Positions 63,957 through 64,000 of a stretch of DNA of 64,000 nt are shown in pieces (the stretch's first letter is position 1; each line of letters opens with the position of its first letter). The stretch is from NCBI GenBank assembly GCA_964217375.1, contig CAXPJQ010000044.1, forward strand, positions 934 to 64,933. Direction: 5' to 3'. A model generated the notes under the pieces. It made no database searches. It saw only the letters and a list, made by a program, of their open reading frames with translations, and was not told the DNA's origin. The translations under genes and the position numbers were made by a program. Origin of the DNA: Bdellovibrionales bacterium (lineage in GTDB: Archaea; Nanobdellota; Nanobdellia; Woesearchaeales; UBA583).

Positions 63957-64000
63957 ATGGCAACAAAAAATCAAGGATCTGCAGGTAGATTTGGTACTAG
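63957..64000 (+). CDS. rpl37ae: 5' end of ribosomal protein eL43 (L37Ae), truncated by the window edge
   Basis: MATKNQGSAGRFGTR matches the GSAGRFGxRYG N-terminus of archaeal L37Ae. Confidence 0.7.
   Translation, partial: MATKNQGSAGRFGT

Noticed and set aside
1-64000. Alternative genetic code with TGA as a sense codon, prompted by the in-frame TGA at 3241..3243
   Set aside because: All long conserved genes (valS, mutS, dnaK, aspS, gltX and others) are intact under the standard code, with Trp encoded by TGG. TGA also terminates ORFs in ATGA start/stop overlaps (344, 9994). A genome-wide reassignment would have fragmented the ORF track.

Overview
This is a very AT-rich, tightly packed chromosomal segment: about 75 genes in 64 kb, short spacers, and many 1-4 nt gaps or overlaps. 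It is clearly archaeal. It encodes PCNA, RPA, aIF2-beta, deoxyhypusine synthase, archaeal uS2, eL43, Sec61-beta, NAC, Nre, archaeal-type GluRS and ValRS, and an RNase J-like beta-CASP nuclease. The compaction, apparent split or truncated genes and gene content suggest a small-genome (DPANN-like) archaeon; this is inference only. Bacterial-type genes are mixed in: DnaK, GrpE and DnaJ (dispersed, not an operon), MutS1, a long bacterial-type AspRS, LemA and DUF368. There is one tRNA-Pro(UGG). I saw no rRNA, CRISPR array, transposase or integrase. Most genes checked have a TATA-like element about 20-35 nt upstream of the start codon, usually the palindromic octamer TTTATAAA. This implies very short leaders and lets several ORF-track starts be corrected. 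The most interesting items are: (1) a co-oriented trio of MutS5-like ATPase, permuted-papain-like protein and HD-GYP protein; (2) an OGFOD1/Tpa1-like 2OG oxygenase whose catalytic and degenerate domains sit in two adjacent genes; (3) an ATP-dependent DNA ligase that stops before motif IV and carries a Zn-ribbon insertion; (4) a catalytically dead HD-GYP homologue coupled to a pseudouridine synthase; (5) a LemA operon with two tandem DUF3137-like paralogues; (6) two ORFs missing from the track, one with an in-frame TGA and one with no usable start. No classical defence or mobile system is recognisable. All functional calls rest on motif recognition by eye, with no database search.
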